A DNA stretch of 64,000 nt from Lama guanicoe (GCA_013239625.1 MU053594.1:1519654-1583653), one strand, 5' to 3'. Positions 23,526-36,918 are shown, numbered from the stretch's first letter. Numbers and translations are program-made. Notes: generated from the letters alone by a model not told the origin.

Positions 23526-25589
23526 TGTTTGTGTACTTGCTTATATTTGTGCTAAGATGGCTCAGTGTGCTTTCCCATAGCCTGGTGGAAGCAGAGTTTT
23601 CTCTCTTCCATGCTTGCAGACTTAGGGAGAAGCAAAGCATCAACAGGACACCTCCTTTCTCTCCTCCTCATGGCCTAAGAGAGCATCTTCCTGAAACCCT
23701 TCCTTCTGCCTCCTGCTGAATGGATATTTGTGTAAAGAGCCCCAAGGGTGAGAAGATGGCCCAAGCAGCCCCATGAGCAACATCCAGCCACAGCCAGCTG
23801 ATCAGGAAATTGTCCCAGTGGCGGTGGACAGGGGAGGTATTTGAAAGGTGGGTTGATGGATGGATAGGCTTCCACCGCTCCCCTACCTCCTGCAGACGAA
23901 TGAGTATGGGTACCTACCACAGCTTCCTGCCAAGCTGCGGAGGTCGACACATTAAACCCCAGCCCAGATGCCCAGGTTCCAGGACTGGCAGCTTCACTGG
24001 CCACAAATCCAGTGGGAAAAAGAAAACATCAGGCAATGCGGGCAGAGGCACTGGTCAGCTCTCCCCTTCAGGGAAAGTGAGCTGGTAATTAATGTGACTC
24101 ATTGTTGACAGGAAGCTAAGGAACTGGCCAGGCCAGGGCGGTCACAGAACTGAAACCAGCCCTCAAATGTCAGCCCCAAAAAGCCCTGCTGGCTCACCTC
24201 CCCCAGGAGCAAGCTCAGAAGGCAGCCTGCTGTATCAGAAAGAGGACAGAAAAGCAGCAAGTGACAAAAGGAAGTCCTCTGGGGTAGTGGGGAGCCACCT
24301 CGGGCCCTGAATCCAAGGGCAGATAGGTTCTGGTGACACTAGTTGAGAATATTGCCCCTAAATTCCACCTCATCACTAAGAACCAAAGGAGTCTTTTCCA
24401 CCACGCCCACAGCAGTGGCAAAGACTGGGGGAGGTCAAGTGATACGCGCGCATTCATGCTGAACGTGGGTGAGCAGCAGGGCGGCTTGTACCTACGTGCT
24501 GAGGGGAGTGGAGGTGTTTTATGAGGTGCAAACTTCAGGGCAGCGAGACTGCCTGCTTCCACACACAGCGCATACGCCAGCCAGGCCCTGAAGGCTGTTC
24601 CCACCAAGAAGCTCTAAATACCATTCGGAACAAGGCAGCCCGTCTGGGATCAGTGCATGGCCTCAGGCTGGGAGGAGGAGAAATGGGGTGCATGTCCACA
24701 GGGATGCAGGTGCTGGAATAATTGTTCAAAATACCACTTTACAGCCCCATCTCCTCCCATGGCTCTGCAAATCTTTAAAATTCTGCTGCTTCCCTTTCAT
24801 AATCTCTGTGATGCCTCCTCATTGAGTTCTAGAGGGAAGGAAGGAGGGGGTCACCTGCATCCAAGTTCCAGCTCCCACCTCTGCTAGCTTTTCCCATTAA
24901 TCTCTCACCTCCTTTGCTGCGTGGACCGCCAAGCCAGAGAAACCTGGACCTCCTGCCATCTCCTGAGTCAGATGACGTTCTGATGCCAAGGCTTGCCAGC
25001 TCTGAAGGAAATAGCAGGTGGTGTTCTCTGGTTCTTCAAGAGCAGGAGCCTCTCTGCCCCCACGTGCAGGAAATTAGCTAATTTCACAGCATGCCTGGTT
25101 GAATTTTACCCAGCTTTCCCAAGCACGCCTGAACACAGAACCCAGTATCAACACAAGTCGTGAAATGGTGGTTAAGAGAATAACCACTATCATGTTTATA
25201 ATATAAATGTCCAAAACGCCTCTGCTTTTCCTTCTGTGGTTTCCACCAAATTGGTTCAATATTTACTAAATACTCGTGGGGAGCATCATGCTGGGTCCAA
25301 AGGGCGTAAAAGGGTGACAAGACTCAAGGCTATGCTCAGCTTGCTTCTAGGAGAGGACCAGGGCTGAATGCAAATGACAATAAAGCAAGGGGGCCAAAGA
25401 GGTTGGAAAACGAGGAACCAGAGTGTTAGGGGAGGGACAGACGGGCTTGGGTGGTTTATCAGGAAAGCTTCGAGGAGAGGGGCAATTTGGATATGCCCCA
25501 AAGGACAGCGCGAGTCTACACCGCCCTCATGAGTGGAGGGACAGAGACAGTGTGACAGACTGAAGAGAACTGGTCATTTGACATCAGCA

Positions 25590-25790
25590 AAAACCTGAGA
25601 TCGAACCCCGCTCATCCCACTCACCAGCTGAGCAATTTTGGCCACGTTATTTAACCTCACTGTGCCTCACCTTCATCTCTACAGTGAGAATAATAACCCC
25701 AGCCTCACAAGGTGGCTACAGGGATCAAATCAGCTAGCATTTGTAAAGAGCCCTGTCTGGCACACAAAAGCGCTCCAGGAGTATTAATTT
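25590..25790 (+). mobile_element. MIR SINE
   Basis: 'ttatttaacctcactgtgcctcac...ataataacccc...gcatttgtaaagagccc'. Confidence 0.7.
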
Positions 25791-26057
25791 GTTAATTCCA
25801 AACGTTGCACTAAGTCATCTCATCACTAACCCCATGCGGTCCTTCTTCTGAGCTGCTCGCAGGCTGAGAAAATGTGAGGCAGGGCAGGGAGCAGAGTTCA
25901 CAGCCGACATTCCAGGCCAAGCATTGTTTCCGAGTGGAAAACAATAAACTGCTTTCACTTACTGTTACCCCAGAATCTTTCTTCCAGGAGCAGATATTAC
26001 AGAGTTTAAAAGCAAACTAAAGTCAACATCCAGAACAGAAAAGGCGTATATGCACGT

Positions 26058-26082
26058 ACACACACACACACACACACACACA
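26058..26082. repeat. (CA)n microsatellite
   Basis: Direct reading. Confidence 0.95.
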
Positions 26083-26419
26083 TACTCCCTCCTTTCTGTA
26101 AGAAAGGTTGCCATGGAGATGAGACAGAGAAACAGCAAAGACACAGAGGAGCCACTGAATTGGCTATAATTAATTTAAACAACTAGAAACAATTAAAATT
26201 GTATTAAAGCAAGATCATTCGAACAACGGGTAAATCAGGTGAGCAGATCACATCAACTATGAACAAAATAAAGGGTTGCTTTGGGGGGTTGGAACAGGTG
26301 TCTTCAAAGGAGGAAACTATTATTGCACAGCATTCAAGAACAGTAAAATATGTAACCTAGTTTATCTAATGTTTCTGAAAACAAGAGAGTTCTCCAATAA
26401 TTCTGCTTACTATGGTACA

Positions 26420-26650
26420 TTTTTCTTTAATTGAAGTACAGTTACAATGTGTCAATTCCTGGTGTACAGCACAATGTCCCAGCCATGCATATATATACAT
26501 TTATTCATTTTCATATTCTTTTTCATTAAAGGTTATTACAAGATATTGACTATAGTTCCCTGTGCTGTACAGAAGAAATTTGTTTCTTAATCTATTTTTA
26601 CATATAGTGGGTAACATTTACAAATCTCAAACTCCCAAATTTATTGCTTC
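26420..26650 (-). mobile_element. L1 3' end
   Basis: 'ttaattgaagtacagttacaatgtgtcaattcctggtgtacagc...tatagttccctgtgctgtacag'. Confidence 0.9.
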
Positions 26651-28054
26651 CTGTAATACCACTATGCCAGGTTATAAAACAAAACCAGGACCGAAAATTA
26701 CCCCTTATCAAGTAAATGGATCCATGTTTCTTTGTCAGACACTGTGGTCACAGAGCACTCGGTGCTACAGAAGTGAAGAGAATGGACCAGCATCGCGAAA
26801 CTGCTGCATGCCAGCCACTCTCCTTGCGTATGCCTCATTTACAACCCCAACAAGCTCTCTGAGGAAGGCATGAATGGTGTGTCCCACCGATAGGGGACCC
26901 AGAAAGATCCACAGCTTACTCAAATTCTCACAGCTGTTTGTATCCAAATAAACAGTTAAACTCAGATCAGTTCAGATATTAAAGCCCCTGCTTTTGAAAC
27001 GATATAACTGTAATTCTCATAGAATAAACCAAAATGGCACATGGGACAATGGACAACCGGGTACCATTTTTGAGCACCTGATGTATGCCAGGCCCTGGGC
27101 TACACATTTTACAAATTACTTGTAGATGAGATGCCCAGTGGTGGTGCACTTGGCAGAGTCCACGTGGCCGAAGACCATTGATACGGGTCTTCTATTTGCC
27201 CCTGGTGGCAGGTTGCTTCCTTCGATCGCCGCTGCAGGAGACCATGGCGGGTGGGTGAGGCCAAAGCACTCCTGGCAGGCCTGCTAGTCTCACCTCCTCC
27301 CCTCCACTCTGCTCCTGCCCAGCAGCCCCCTCCCCACTGAAAAATAAACCTGACTCTCCAGGCTCACACCTGGTCAAGGGTCACGATCCCAGGGCCGTTG
27401 TTTCTACTTTCGAGTCGTCCTGGCCGATCTGTCCTTTCTCCTGTTTGGGCCTCCCCCAGAGCAAGGGGCATGGGTTGGGGGGTGCACGTAGCCATTCCCC
27501 ACCCCTCCCATCCCTCCACTCTGCCACCCCACCCCCACCCTAGGTCCTTTCTTGTACAAGAAACCCTCCCTACCCTCAAGTCCGATTTCACGGGCTTCTG
27601 CCTTGACTGATTAGATATTCGGATGAAGAGCAGGTGGATGTTAAGGTGCATGTAGTGGGTGGGGAAGGGAATTTCCTGGACATAAGAAATAAGAAGAATT
27701 GTATAATTTGAGGGGGTGGGGAATGAGTGCTACGATTATCAGGCATTGTGCACCTGAGTTCCAAAGACCATGGTGCAGAACAGTTGTGGCCATTCGTTTA
27801 CTCATTACTGTTTATTGAGAAGTATATTGGCAGACACTGTGCAGGAGTCTGAGGACCAGAAGTTAGGAATCACAGTGACCTGTCTTCTGGAAAGCTCTCA
27901 GGCTCCATGAGGGACAGCAGTCCCTGCTGGGGCTTTTCCAAGTCAGCAGTCCAAGATTGCTGAGGGAGAAGGGGCTGCACTGGGACTGGCTGTTGTGTTC
28001 GGGGTCTTCTCTGAGGCCACGTGTGTCATTATTTCTACCTGGAAAGGTTCTTGG

Positions 28055-28661
28055 TGACACAGGAAAATATGGGGTGAGAGGATGGCTGTGTCCCAGGTCT
28101 CGGTTGAGTCTCTGGGACGTGCCCCACCAAGTGTGGGTCCTTGGCTTCACACAGGAAAGAATTCAAGAGCGAGCCACACTTGAGTAAAGGTAGATTTATT
28201 CAGAGAGGTGCATACTCCATAGACAGAGTGCAGGCCATCTCAGAAGGAGACAGGCCATGAGGTGTGGGGGTTGACTGTTCTGTTTAAAGTGAAAGTAGAT
28301 ACGCACTCCATAGACGGAGCACAGGACATCTCAGAAGCCGAGAGAGCAAGAGACCCGAGGCTGGGTGTTGCTGGTTTTTATGCACTCAGTAGCTTCATAT
28401 GCTAACAAGTGAGAGGATTATTCCAACTACTTTGGGGAAGCGGCTGGGATTCCCAGAAACTGGGCCATCACCCAACCTTTGCCCTTTTATGGTCAGCCTT
28501 AAAATTGGCACCGATGGGAATGCCATTTAGCATGCTATTGTATTTTAATGGACATATATTGAGGCTCAAGGTCTACTAGGAGTTGAATCTTCCACCACCT
28601 TGGTGCTAATTGCTATGTCATTCTTTTAATGGTTGTGCCTACCCCCTCCCCTCCTATCTCA
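28055..28661 (-). mobile_element. ERV1-type solo LTR, family A copy 1
   Basis: TG...CA termini, perfect 4-bp TSD TTGG, minus-strand AATAAA at ~28195. Homologous along its length to 32904-33534. Confidence 0.92.
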
Positions 28662-31169
28662 TTGGCAGTGCTCAACCACACACACAAGGTAAATCAATGC
28701 TCACTCTGTCCAGCCCCTCTCCCCAGCCCATGCTTGGGGCCAAGATGGTGGGAGGCCAGTTCCCCATCCCACTGAGGCCCACCTCCTAGAGCACTGCCCA
28801 TTTCTCATTCATAAATCATCATTCCCACCTTTACCCCTAAAGAACCAAAACACTAGAATGTCAGAGGAGTGATATCCTCAGGAAACACCTGACCCTTCCT
28901 TTTTCCCGTTTTATGGGATCAAAGGTCTAAGACGGTAAAAGGATTGTCTAATGTTTCTGCAACTCCTTGATTCACACTGTTAGTATCTTTCCTTCATTCA
29001 CCGCCTTCTGGAAGAGAAGAGGCCGAGACATTGAGCCCACTGATTCATCCCACTAACATCTAGGAGGGACCACTGCTTAGCTCTGGCCTGGGAGTGGTGG
29101 ATGCGATGTGAGTGATGCACCCTTTGTCTTTGGAGGGTTCACACTCCGGCAAGGGAGACACAACACAAAGGAACTATTTAAGTGTAATGAGTGAGTCACA
29201 AGGGCTGTGAGTGAGGCTCTTTTGAGGGGAGTTCCCAAGTGTATGGGGTGATGAGGACTGCTGCACAGAGAAGTTTCAGCAGGTCTTCAAGACCACAAAC
29301 ATCTCAAGGCCCCACAGGAGAGGGAGGGCTTGCCAGGCAAAGTAATTGGTTGAGCACAGTCCTGTACCCCATCTGCCTGGAGGGCAGAGAATGGATGAGA
29401 GAAAACAATGATGGGGGAAGATCGTTATGCGTTTGATCTGATCTGATCCTCACAAGGACACTCTGCTTCACAGAGCAGGAAACTGCAGCCCTCACAAAGT
29501 CCACCTTGCCCAAGACGATACAACCAAAGGCGAGCAAAACCAAGATCTGCTTAACTCTCTAACCTCCCAGCCCTCTGCATTTGTTCTCCTCAACTCCTCT
29601 AGCATTTACTATGGCTCCCATGTGTCACAGCCGCCCTGGATTGAGCAACACTTGGGGGCAGCTGGATATTCCATTTTCCCCCTTAGACAATCGGGAAAAA
29701 CAGAGAAAACTTTTTGGAGGAAGCAAATTTGGAGGTGGATCTTGACTTGGACATATGAGGTTTAAACAGGCAGAGCCCCTTCTTGTTCCTGAGACCAGAT
29801 GAGCCTAAAATTTAGAGCTGGGGTTGGAAGGTCTCCAGATGAGGACAAACACAAGGGGCATTTGCATGAGGTGACCTGAAACCCCAAGGGCTAGATGGAG
29901 CAGCAGACCCACTTGTCCAGGGAAGACAGGCCTGGGGCTAGAAGAGTGGTGCCCAGGGTCAAATCCAAGGATGAAATGAGCACAGACATGGGGAAGGAAG
30001 GCTGAAGGCCACCAGCAGGCAAAGTAGACATCAGACAGAACCAGGAACAAGAGGAGAAGTGAAGAAGGCCAAAGCTGCGTGGGAGCATGTATGATGGAGT
30101 GCTCTAGTCTTTGGTATCCGACATGTATGTTCCAGGGACAGGTGGGTGGCTCCAAGCAGCTTATCAGAAGGGGCCAGCTGACTATTAGCCAGGACCCTGC
30201 AGTACAGCCATCCGTGTTGTTACAATATTGAAATATGTCATAGTGGTTATACACAGCCAGGTCCTTGAACCTCACAAGGGCTCCCATCACCTTGGCCACC
30301 CGACCCCGCCTCTGAGATCCCCAGAGCCCCCTCACGCTCCAGCAACTGCACTACTGACACCTCCAACACCCCAACATTGGTGTGATTTGCCAGCCTGGGC
30401 CACGGTAGTGGATAAATATTTTTGTACATCAGCCCTTGCACTATGATAAGGATTTATGAAAGTGGCACATTGAATCCTGACCACAACCGTGAGATGGACA
30501 GTATGAGCTTGATTTTACTAACACAGGCTTTGGGAGCTTAAGCAACAGCCCAAGAGAAGTGGCCGTGGGGGTGAAGGGCTAAGAAGCTGACACGAGCCAA
30601 GAGGAGAGGCAGGAAAATAAATGGTTGGCAGCTGAGCTCGGATTTATTTCCTATGGGGTGAAACTCCATGGGTCACATGGAAAATTCTAGACCATAAGCT
30701 GCCTGTGAAGAGTCCGTCTAACTAGATGCTTAATTAGCCCACTCCCCGGATGCACTGAACACAGATGGCCATGTCCAAGAGATAGATTTACTGATTAAAT
30801 GAAAAATCAGATGAATGATGGAAGTTTCAGTAGCACCTAGAGCAGCCTCCTGCCTGTGATTCCAGAAGGGAAGTGAGGGTGTAATGAATGGCCTGCACCC
30901 CTCCTGGCAGGGAAGATAAAAGGCCTGGCCAGGCTACTTGTGTCTCCAGAAATATTTATTTCTCCACGGAATTCATTAGCGCACACCCATGTGGTGCAAA
31001 AGCAATATGTATTTAGACTTATGCTTTCCCAGAGAATAATTTCCTTCGCCTTGATAAACTACAGCTAAATGCCCAGACCACTCACCACAAAACAGTCTGA
31101 GCTGGGAGAAAGCGAAGCAGAAAAGCAAGGTAGAGCTCACGAGGTGGGAGGCAGGTGGGTTCTTTCACA

Positions 31170-31560
31170 CGTAGGATGTGCCAGGCGCTGTTCTAGGCAC
31201 TGGGGATTCATACACTCTCCGCCCTCATGGAGTTTCCAATCAAGCGAGGGAGACAGACAACTTAAACAAATATATAATATAATGTCAGGCCATGAAGAGA
31301 GAGGGCTAGTGCAAAGATCCTGAGGCCAGAAGGTTCTGGGTATGTTTGCAAAACAGCAAGAAAGCCAGCGTGGCAGAACAGAGCACATATGGGAAAGAGT
31401 GGGTGATAGGATGTTTAAGGGATGAAACTATGAAGCTTTCCAGGCCATAGAAAAGAGGTTGGATTTCATCCTGAGCATCATGGGGAGTTTGAAGCTGTTA
31501 GAGGGCTTTAAGTAGGACAGTGACACAACCTGATTCACATTTTGAAATGTCTCTCTGTGC
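31170..31560 (-). mobile_element. L2 fragment
   Basis: 'atgtgccaggcgctgttctaggcactgggga...ccctcatggagtttcca...gagggctttaagtaggacagtgacacaacctgattcacattttgaaa'. Confidence 0.75.
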
Positions 31561-32019
31561 CAGGTAATAGTCTGGCTACGCAGCAACATAACTTAGCGGC
31601 CACTGCGGTGCACGTAACATTTCTGAAGGACTTGTCATGTCATATGTTACCATGTATTATTAACTCATGTAACTCTTGCAGCAACAAAAGACACCTTTAT
31701 TGTCTCTATGTCACAGTTGGGGAACCAAGGCAAGGAGAGGTTCAGTAAGTGACAGAGCCAGGTTCTGAACCCTGGTCCCTTGCCTCTCACCTGCTGTGTG
31801 ATGCTGCCTTTCTGATGTAGTCCGGGCGAGGGATCATGGTGACCAGGACGGTGATGGCAGCCAATAGAGGTGGTGAGAAATGGCTGGATCCCAGTTATGT
31901 TCTGAAACTAGTGCTGACAAGGTGATCATTTTGAATAGACAGACAATACGACAAAAATACAGTTGGAGACCATTGCTTCGGAAGGGCTGATTTCAAAGTT
32001 CCCGTAAGAACCAACCACA

Positions 32020-32690
32020 ACCTCTAACTCACTGGTGCATAAGCCTGGAGAGTCAACAGAAGTTTTCACATATGCAGATTTTAGAACCTCACTCTGTCAC
32101 CAAACGCAAGTTTGTGTGCCCAACGCACCGCGAGACCAAACAAACTGAAACATGGGAGTTCAGAGCAGAGAAGGGTTTATTGCAGGGCCGAGCGAGGAGG
32201 ACAGGGTGGCCCAAGAAAACCCTGAACTCCTCAAAGAGTTTCAGCAAAGCATATTTAAGGGACAGGTAAGTGAGGGAGCGGGTCGCAGGGTACGTGATCC
32301 GCTCTTGCACAATCCTTTGGTTGGTTGATGTCAAGGTAACAGGGCGATCAACACTGTCAACCCCTAAGCGCTGGAAGGTCTGGGGGCCACGTGATCTCAA
32401 TCATCAAGCAGTTCATTTCTTCCCTTTGGTGCGGGTTTTTAGCATCTGAAAAACTCAGGAAATACGCATGAGCTACTATTACCTGGGTGCTTCAGAGAGG
32501 AGCTGCCCCAGAGGGTACGGGGGAGGGGTGTGTCCCGGGAAGGTCCCCCAGGGTCCTGCGCAGTTATAACTCCACAGGCACTGAAGGAGACATTCTAGAG
32601 GTGGGCCTAGAACCCTGCACTTCTAAACCACTTCCCAAGTGATCTTGAGGCAGCTGGTCCCTGGGCTGTCTTTGGGAGTCCCAGCACTTG
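32020..32690. mobile_element. MER5A-like hAT MITE split by an LTR insertion
   Basis: Left 'tatgcagattttagaacctcactc' and right 'tctagaggtgggcctagaaccctgcacttctaaaccacttcccaagtgatcttgaggcagctggtcc'. Confidence 0.65.
32095..32568 (-). mobile_element. ERV1-type solo LTR, family B
   Basis: Starts tgtcac, ends gttata (decayed ...CA), perfect 4-bp TSD ACTC, minus-strand AATAAA at ~32175. Confidence 0.88.
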
Positions 32691-32903
32691 GCCTTACATC
32701 CTGAGTCCTGGAGTGTGAGAGCTGAGAGCCCCCAAGAGGGGACAGTGCCACACCTCACCTCCAGGTGGGGCCCTCCAGGCCCCGAGAGGGGAGGGTTTGA
32801 CCCAGTTAATAAGAGGCGGCACTGGAGACAGAATCTACATCTTCTGATTCCCGGGCCAGAGCTGTGTCCACTAATTAGCCCCAGCTGATTCCCCCGGTAG
32901 CAC

Positions 32904-33534
32904 TGATGCAGGAGAAACAGACGTGGGGCTTCAGGAGGGCCGTGTCCCGGGCTTCGGCTGAGCCCCTGGGACATACCCCGCCAAGTGTGGGTCCTTGGCT
33001 TCGTGCAGGAAAGAAGTCAAGAGTGAGCCACAGTTGAGTAAAGGTGGAGTTATTCAGAGAGATACATCAAAAGGCAAAAGAAAAGCCATGAGGTGTGGGG
33101 GTTGGGTGCTCAGATTAGAATAAAAGTAGTTACACACTCCAGACAGAGTGCGGGCTGTCTCTGAAGAGGGAAGGGTGAAGAGCGAGAGAGAGGGGCCTTG
33201 AGGGGCAGTGTTGCCAGTTTTTATGGGCTTCTTAGCTTCATATGCTAATGAGTGGAAGGACCAGTCTAACTAGCCTGGGGAAGGGTCTGGGATTCCCAGG
33301 AAGTTGGCCATTTCCCACTCTGACCTTTTCTGGCCAGCCTTGGGACTGCCATGGCACCTGTGGGCGTGTTATTCACCATATGGATATGATACAGTAAGCA
33401 TATGACAAAGCTCAAGGAAGTCAAGTCTCCCACCATCTTGAGCCTCAAGGCCTCCTAGGGGCTGAATCTTTCGCCATTCTGGTGTTAATTGTGTTGTTCC
33501 TTGAATGACTGTGCCCTGCCCCCTTGCTGTCTCA
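32904..33534 (-). mobile_element. ERV1-type solo LTR, family A copy 2
   Basis: TG...CA termini, perfect 4-bp TSD GCAC. Shares 'ccaagtgtgggtccttggcttc...aggaaagaa..caagag' and other blocks with 28055-28661. Confidence 0.92.
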
Positions 33535-34133
33535 GCACCACACTGTTTACCTGCATCGCCCCTTATGTAAGGATAAGCAATGGGCTCCGAATGACCCCTG
33601 AGGTCACGGGAAGATCCCTGCAGTCAGCAGACGTGCCTTCTGCCACCTGCCATCAGTGAGATCCTGGGAAAGTCACTTCACCTCTCTGCACTTCAACTTT
33701 CTCATTTATAAAATCAGGACATGGGGTTCTCCAAATATGACTATTAGATTAGATGAAATAATGCATGAGAAACACTGAGCGAGACCTTGCTCTTAGCTGT
33801 TCTTTGGGGTTCTTTACCATTCACACAAATTTCCTGGTTCCTAATATGTTGTCTTTCTCCTACAGCATTTTCATTATGGTTTTGAAGACTTTGTGGATCA
33901 AAGGCGGGTACTCCAGGATGGAGGAGCAGCTCTAGATGTTCCTGACCAAGGCCTTAAGGAGGCTGGGGGCTGGGCAGCAGGAGGAGAGCACAGGGAAGCA
34001 GAGAGAAGCTGAATGGCACGCGTACACCAGCCCCATCACGGAACGCGGAAAATCGCAGTGCATCCACTTACCAGCCACGGGTCAAGTGCTCAACAGCCAC
34101 ACGTGGCTAGTGGCTGTCAGGACAGCTCTAGAC

Positions 34134-34334
34134 TAGGGGTTGTCAAAAGTTCTCCTCTAAAGGATCAGATGAACATCCTGAACCTTACAGCCACATACAC
34201 ACCCTGTTACATATTCCCTTTTTTTTTTTTTTTGGAACCCTTTTAAAAATGTGAAATCCACTCTTAGCTAACAGGCTGTGCAAAAACAAGCCATGGGCCA
34301 GATCTGGTTTCTGGTCAAAGTTTGCCAACTCCTG
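34134..34334. mobile_element. MER58-family hAT MITE (preceded by a MER3-like end, ~34060-34130)
   Basis: TIRs taggggttgtcaaa...tttgccaactcctg. 8-bp TSD ctctagac/ccctagat of the NTCTAGAN type typical of Charlie elements. Confidence 0.85.
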
Positions 34335-35369
34335 CCCTAGATCATAGCTCACTGAGGGCAGGAGCCACGCCAAACATGTGCACCGCTGAGCTCTCTGGCA
34401 CCTGGAATACAGCAGGCACTCAGTCCATAGTTACAGCTTTGAATTGAACTGAGGTGGGAGGAAGGATGTATTGTTCCCATTTAACATATGACACAAATGA
34501 AATCAGAGCATCAGAGTGACTTCTTCAGGGCCACACAGCTAGATACAAATCCAAAGTCACACGACTTCCGGCTCACTGCTCTTCCCTCCAGGTCACGCTT
34601 CTGTGACATGAGGACACTTGTTTCATAGCTGCACTGGTTGTCACTCTGATTCCCAGTTCTTCTGTCTGTCTTTGCCTCTGGATTTGCTCGCAGGCTCCCA
34701 GAAGCCCCCTGCAGCCTGGCAGGGAGGGGGCGTCGAGGGGTCCCGCACATCTCGGGGGACGCCAGCAGAGCTCCCGGCAGGCAGCACTGCTCACGCTCCT
34801 GCCTCCCTTCAAGATCTCTCCGGAAATGAGTGCTCTTGCAAGGTTAGAGAAAATGCATTTCTATTCTCCTTTTCAGGCTAAAAGCATCTGTCTCCCTCAC
34901 AAAGAAGGTAGTGAACCAGTTATAATTATACCCCATACACTGGGGAGCGTGAAAGTGACATTTAGCAGCACTGAAGCCTCGGGTGTGTGGTGGCTGCGGT
35001 AAACATTATACGATTGCAGCAGCAGCGATCCCAACAATTAACGCCAAAGAGCAGGGATGGAATGAAGTTCTCCAAGAAACTGCCACAGCCTGAGGGTCAA
35101 CTGGATGGAACCCAAAATCTCTCTTGTAGACAGCTCCTCACTTCCAAATGATAAGGCTTTTTTGAGGGGCAATGCTCTCTGTCCCAACAATTTTCAGCAC
35201 AGTTTTCCCAAGGTCCAGGGGACCAGGGAGCAAACAAGCATGAGGAGACAGAGATATCAGGAAGCTCTCTGATGGAGTGGCCGGCTTCCCAAGTGCCCTC
35301 TGATCTAGCCCAGGAAATTGGCGATTTGACAAACTGCAAGGTCAGTGTGGCTGGTTCACAGAAGCCAAG

Positions 35370-35660
35370 GAGCAGTGCTCAAGAGAGGGCCTGGGAGGGC
35401 AAGGATCAGTCTCGCCTGCAGGCAATGCAGTCACTAGATCAGAGCCTTTTTGCATTTTGGAAAGAAGCAGAGAGACAGGGAGAGAATGATCACGGCTGAG
35501 CTGGGCAGTGGGGACAGGGAGAAGTGGACAGACCTAAGAAGTATCTGCGAGGCAAAATTGATAGGACCTGGTGAGAGATAGGACTTGGGACAGTCAAGGA
35601 TGATTGCAGGCTTCTGGCTTTGGTGACTGAGAGGTTGGTGGTACTGAACCCTGGAAGGAG
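35370..35660 (-). mobile_element. L2 fragment
   Basis: 'gggcagtggggacagggagaagtggacagacctaaga...agtcaaggatgattgcaggcttctggcttt'. Confidence 0.7.
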
Positions 35661-35764
35661 GGAGGACAAGTTTAGAGGACAAAGGTGATGTGTCAGAGTG
35701 TTGGGTGCATTAACGTAAGGAGGAATCAGAAGAAAGGGGAAAGGAGAAATATGGCTCAGAAGAA

Positions 35765-35975
35765 ATATTAGGGTATAAATTAACAAATTTCTACTGTATA
35801 GCACAGGGAACTATAATCAATGTTTTGTAGTAACTTATAATGGAAAATAATATAAAAATGGATATAAGTATATATATGTGTGTGTGTGTGCGTGTGTGTG
35901 TGTATAGTTGACTCACTCTGCTGTACACCAGAGATTAACACAACATCATAAATCGAATATACTTCAATAAAAAGG
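35765..35975 (+). mobile_element. L1 3' tail with embedded (TG)n
   Basis: 'ctactgtatagcacagggaactataatcaa...gactcactctgctgtacaccagag...atacttcaataaaa'. Confidence 0.9.
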
Positions 35976-36470
35976 AGGAAGAAAAATGCTAGGGTGAAGA
36001 TAAAGATATGTGAATCACGTGCATCTAGGAAGCGATTGGCCACAGAGGTGGGCGAGCTTTCTGGAGAGAAGAAACATAGTAGAAAAGAAGATGAGGAATG
36101 CACTCGTTAAGGAGTGGAGCAGGGAAGGGGCTCCGACTATGGAGACTGAGAAGGAACCATCAGAGAAGGCAAAGGAGAAACAAAGAATGGCAGAGATGGA
36201 GGGGGGCCCTTATAAACTGAGGAAGAGGAGTCTTGGAATAAAAGAAGTGCAGAAGTGCACAGCCCTGTCTGATGGTAAAGGAAGAAGGGAGGTTCCCTCA
36301 TCCATTCAATAAAGACTGATTGAGCATCTACTGTGTGGCTGGCACCATCTAGGTACCGAAGAGAGAGCAGTGAAGTGAACGTAACAGATAAAACTCCCCA
36401 CCCTCGTAGGGGAAGAGAGATCAAATTTAAGCATATAAATAAGTATATGAGATGTCTATTATCTGGTATA

Positions 36471-36918
36471 TGTAATGGGTTGAATAGTGAGCCTCAAAAA
36501 TACATTTCTAAGTCCTAACCCCTGGTACTATGAATGTGACTTCATGTGGAAATAGGGTCTTTGCAAATGTAATTAAATTAAGGATCCCAAGATGACATCA
36601 TCCTGGATTTAAGCTGAGTCATAAATCTAACGACTGGTGTCCTTTTAAGAAAAAGGAAGGGGCTAAAAAAATAAATAAATACATAAATGCATAAAACTTT
36701 TTAAATAGAGAAAGGAAGATTCTCTTCTGTGTCTTCAAACCTCTCTCTCCTTATAAGGACACCAGTCACTGGATTTAGGGTTCCCCCTAATTTAATATGA
36801 TCTCATCTTAACTTGATTACACCTGAAATGCCCCTGTTTGTCAGTAAGGTCTCATTTGCAGGAACTGGGGTTTAGGACTTTCAACATATATTCTGGAAGG
36901 TTACAGTTCAGCCCACAA
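36471..36918. mobile_element. Two MLT1 LTR pieces in opposite orientation
   Basis: Plus-strand 'tgtaatgggttgaatagtg...aatagggtctttgcaaatgtaatt' and minus-strand 'ttataaggacaccagtcactggatttaggg...cagttcagcccaca'. Confidence 0.75.

Noticed and set aside
23321..23719. ORFs with CVCVCV or THTHTH tracts (also at 35780 and 52525)
   Set aside because: These are translations of (TG)n/(CA)n microsatellites.
28055..33534. Two same-family co-oriented LTRs as the ends of one provirus
   Set aside because: Each LTR has its own different TSD (TTGG versus GCAC), and the interval holds L2, MIR and MER5A with no gag, pol, env or primer-binding site.
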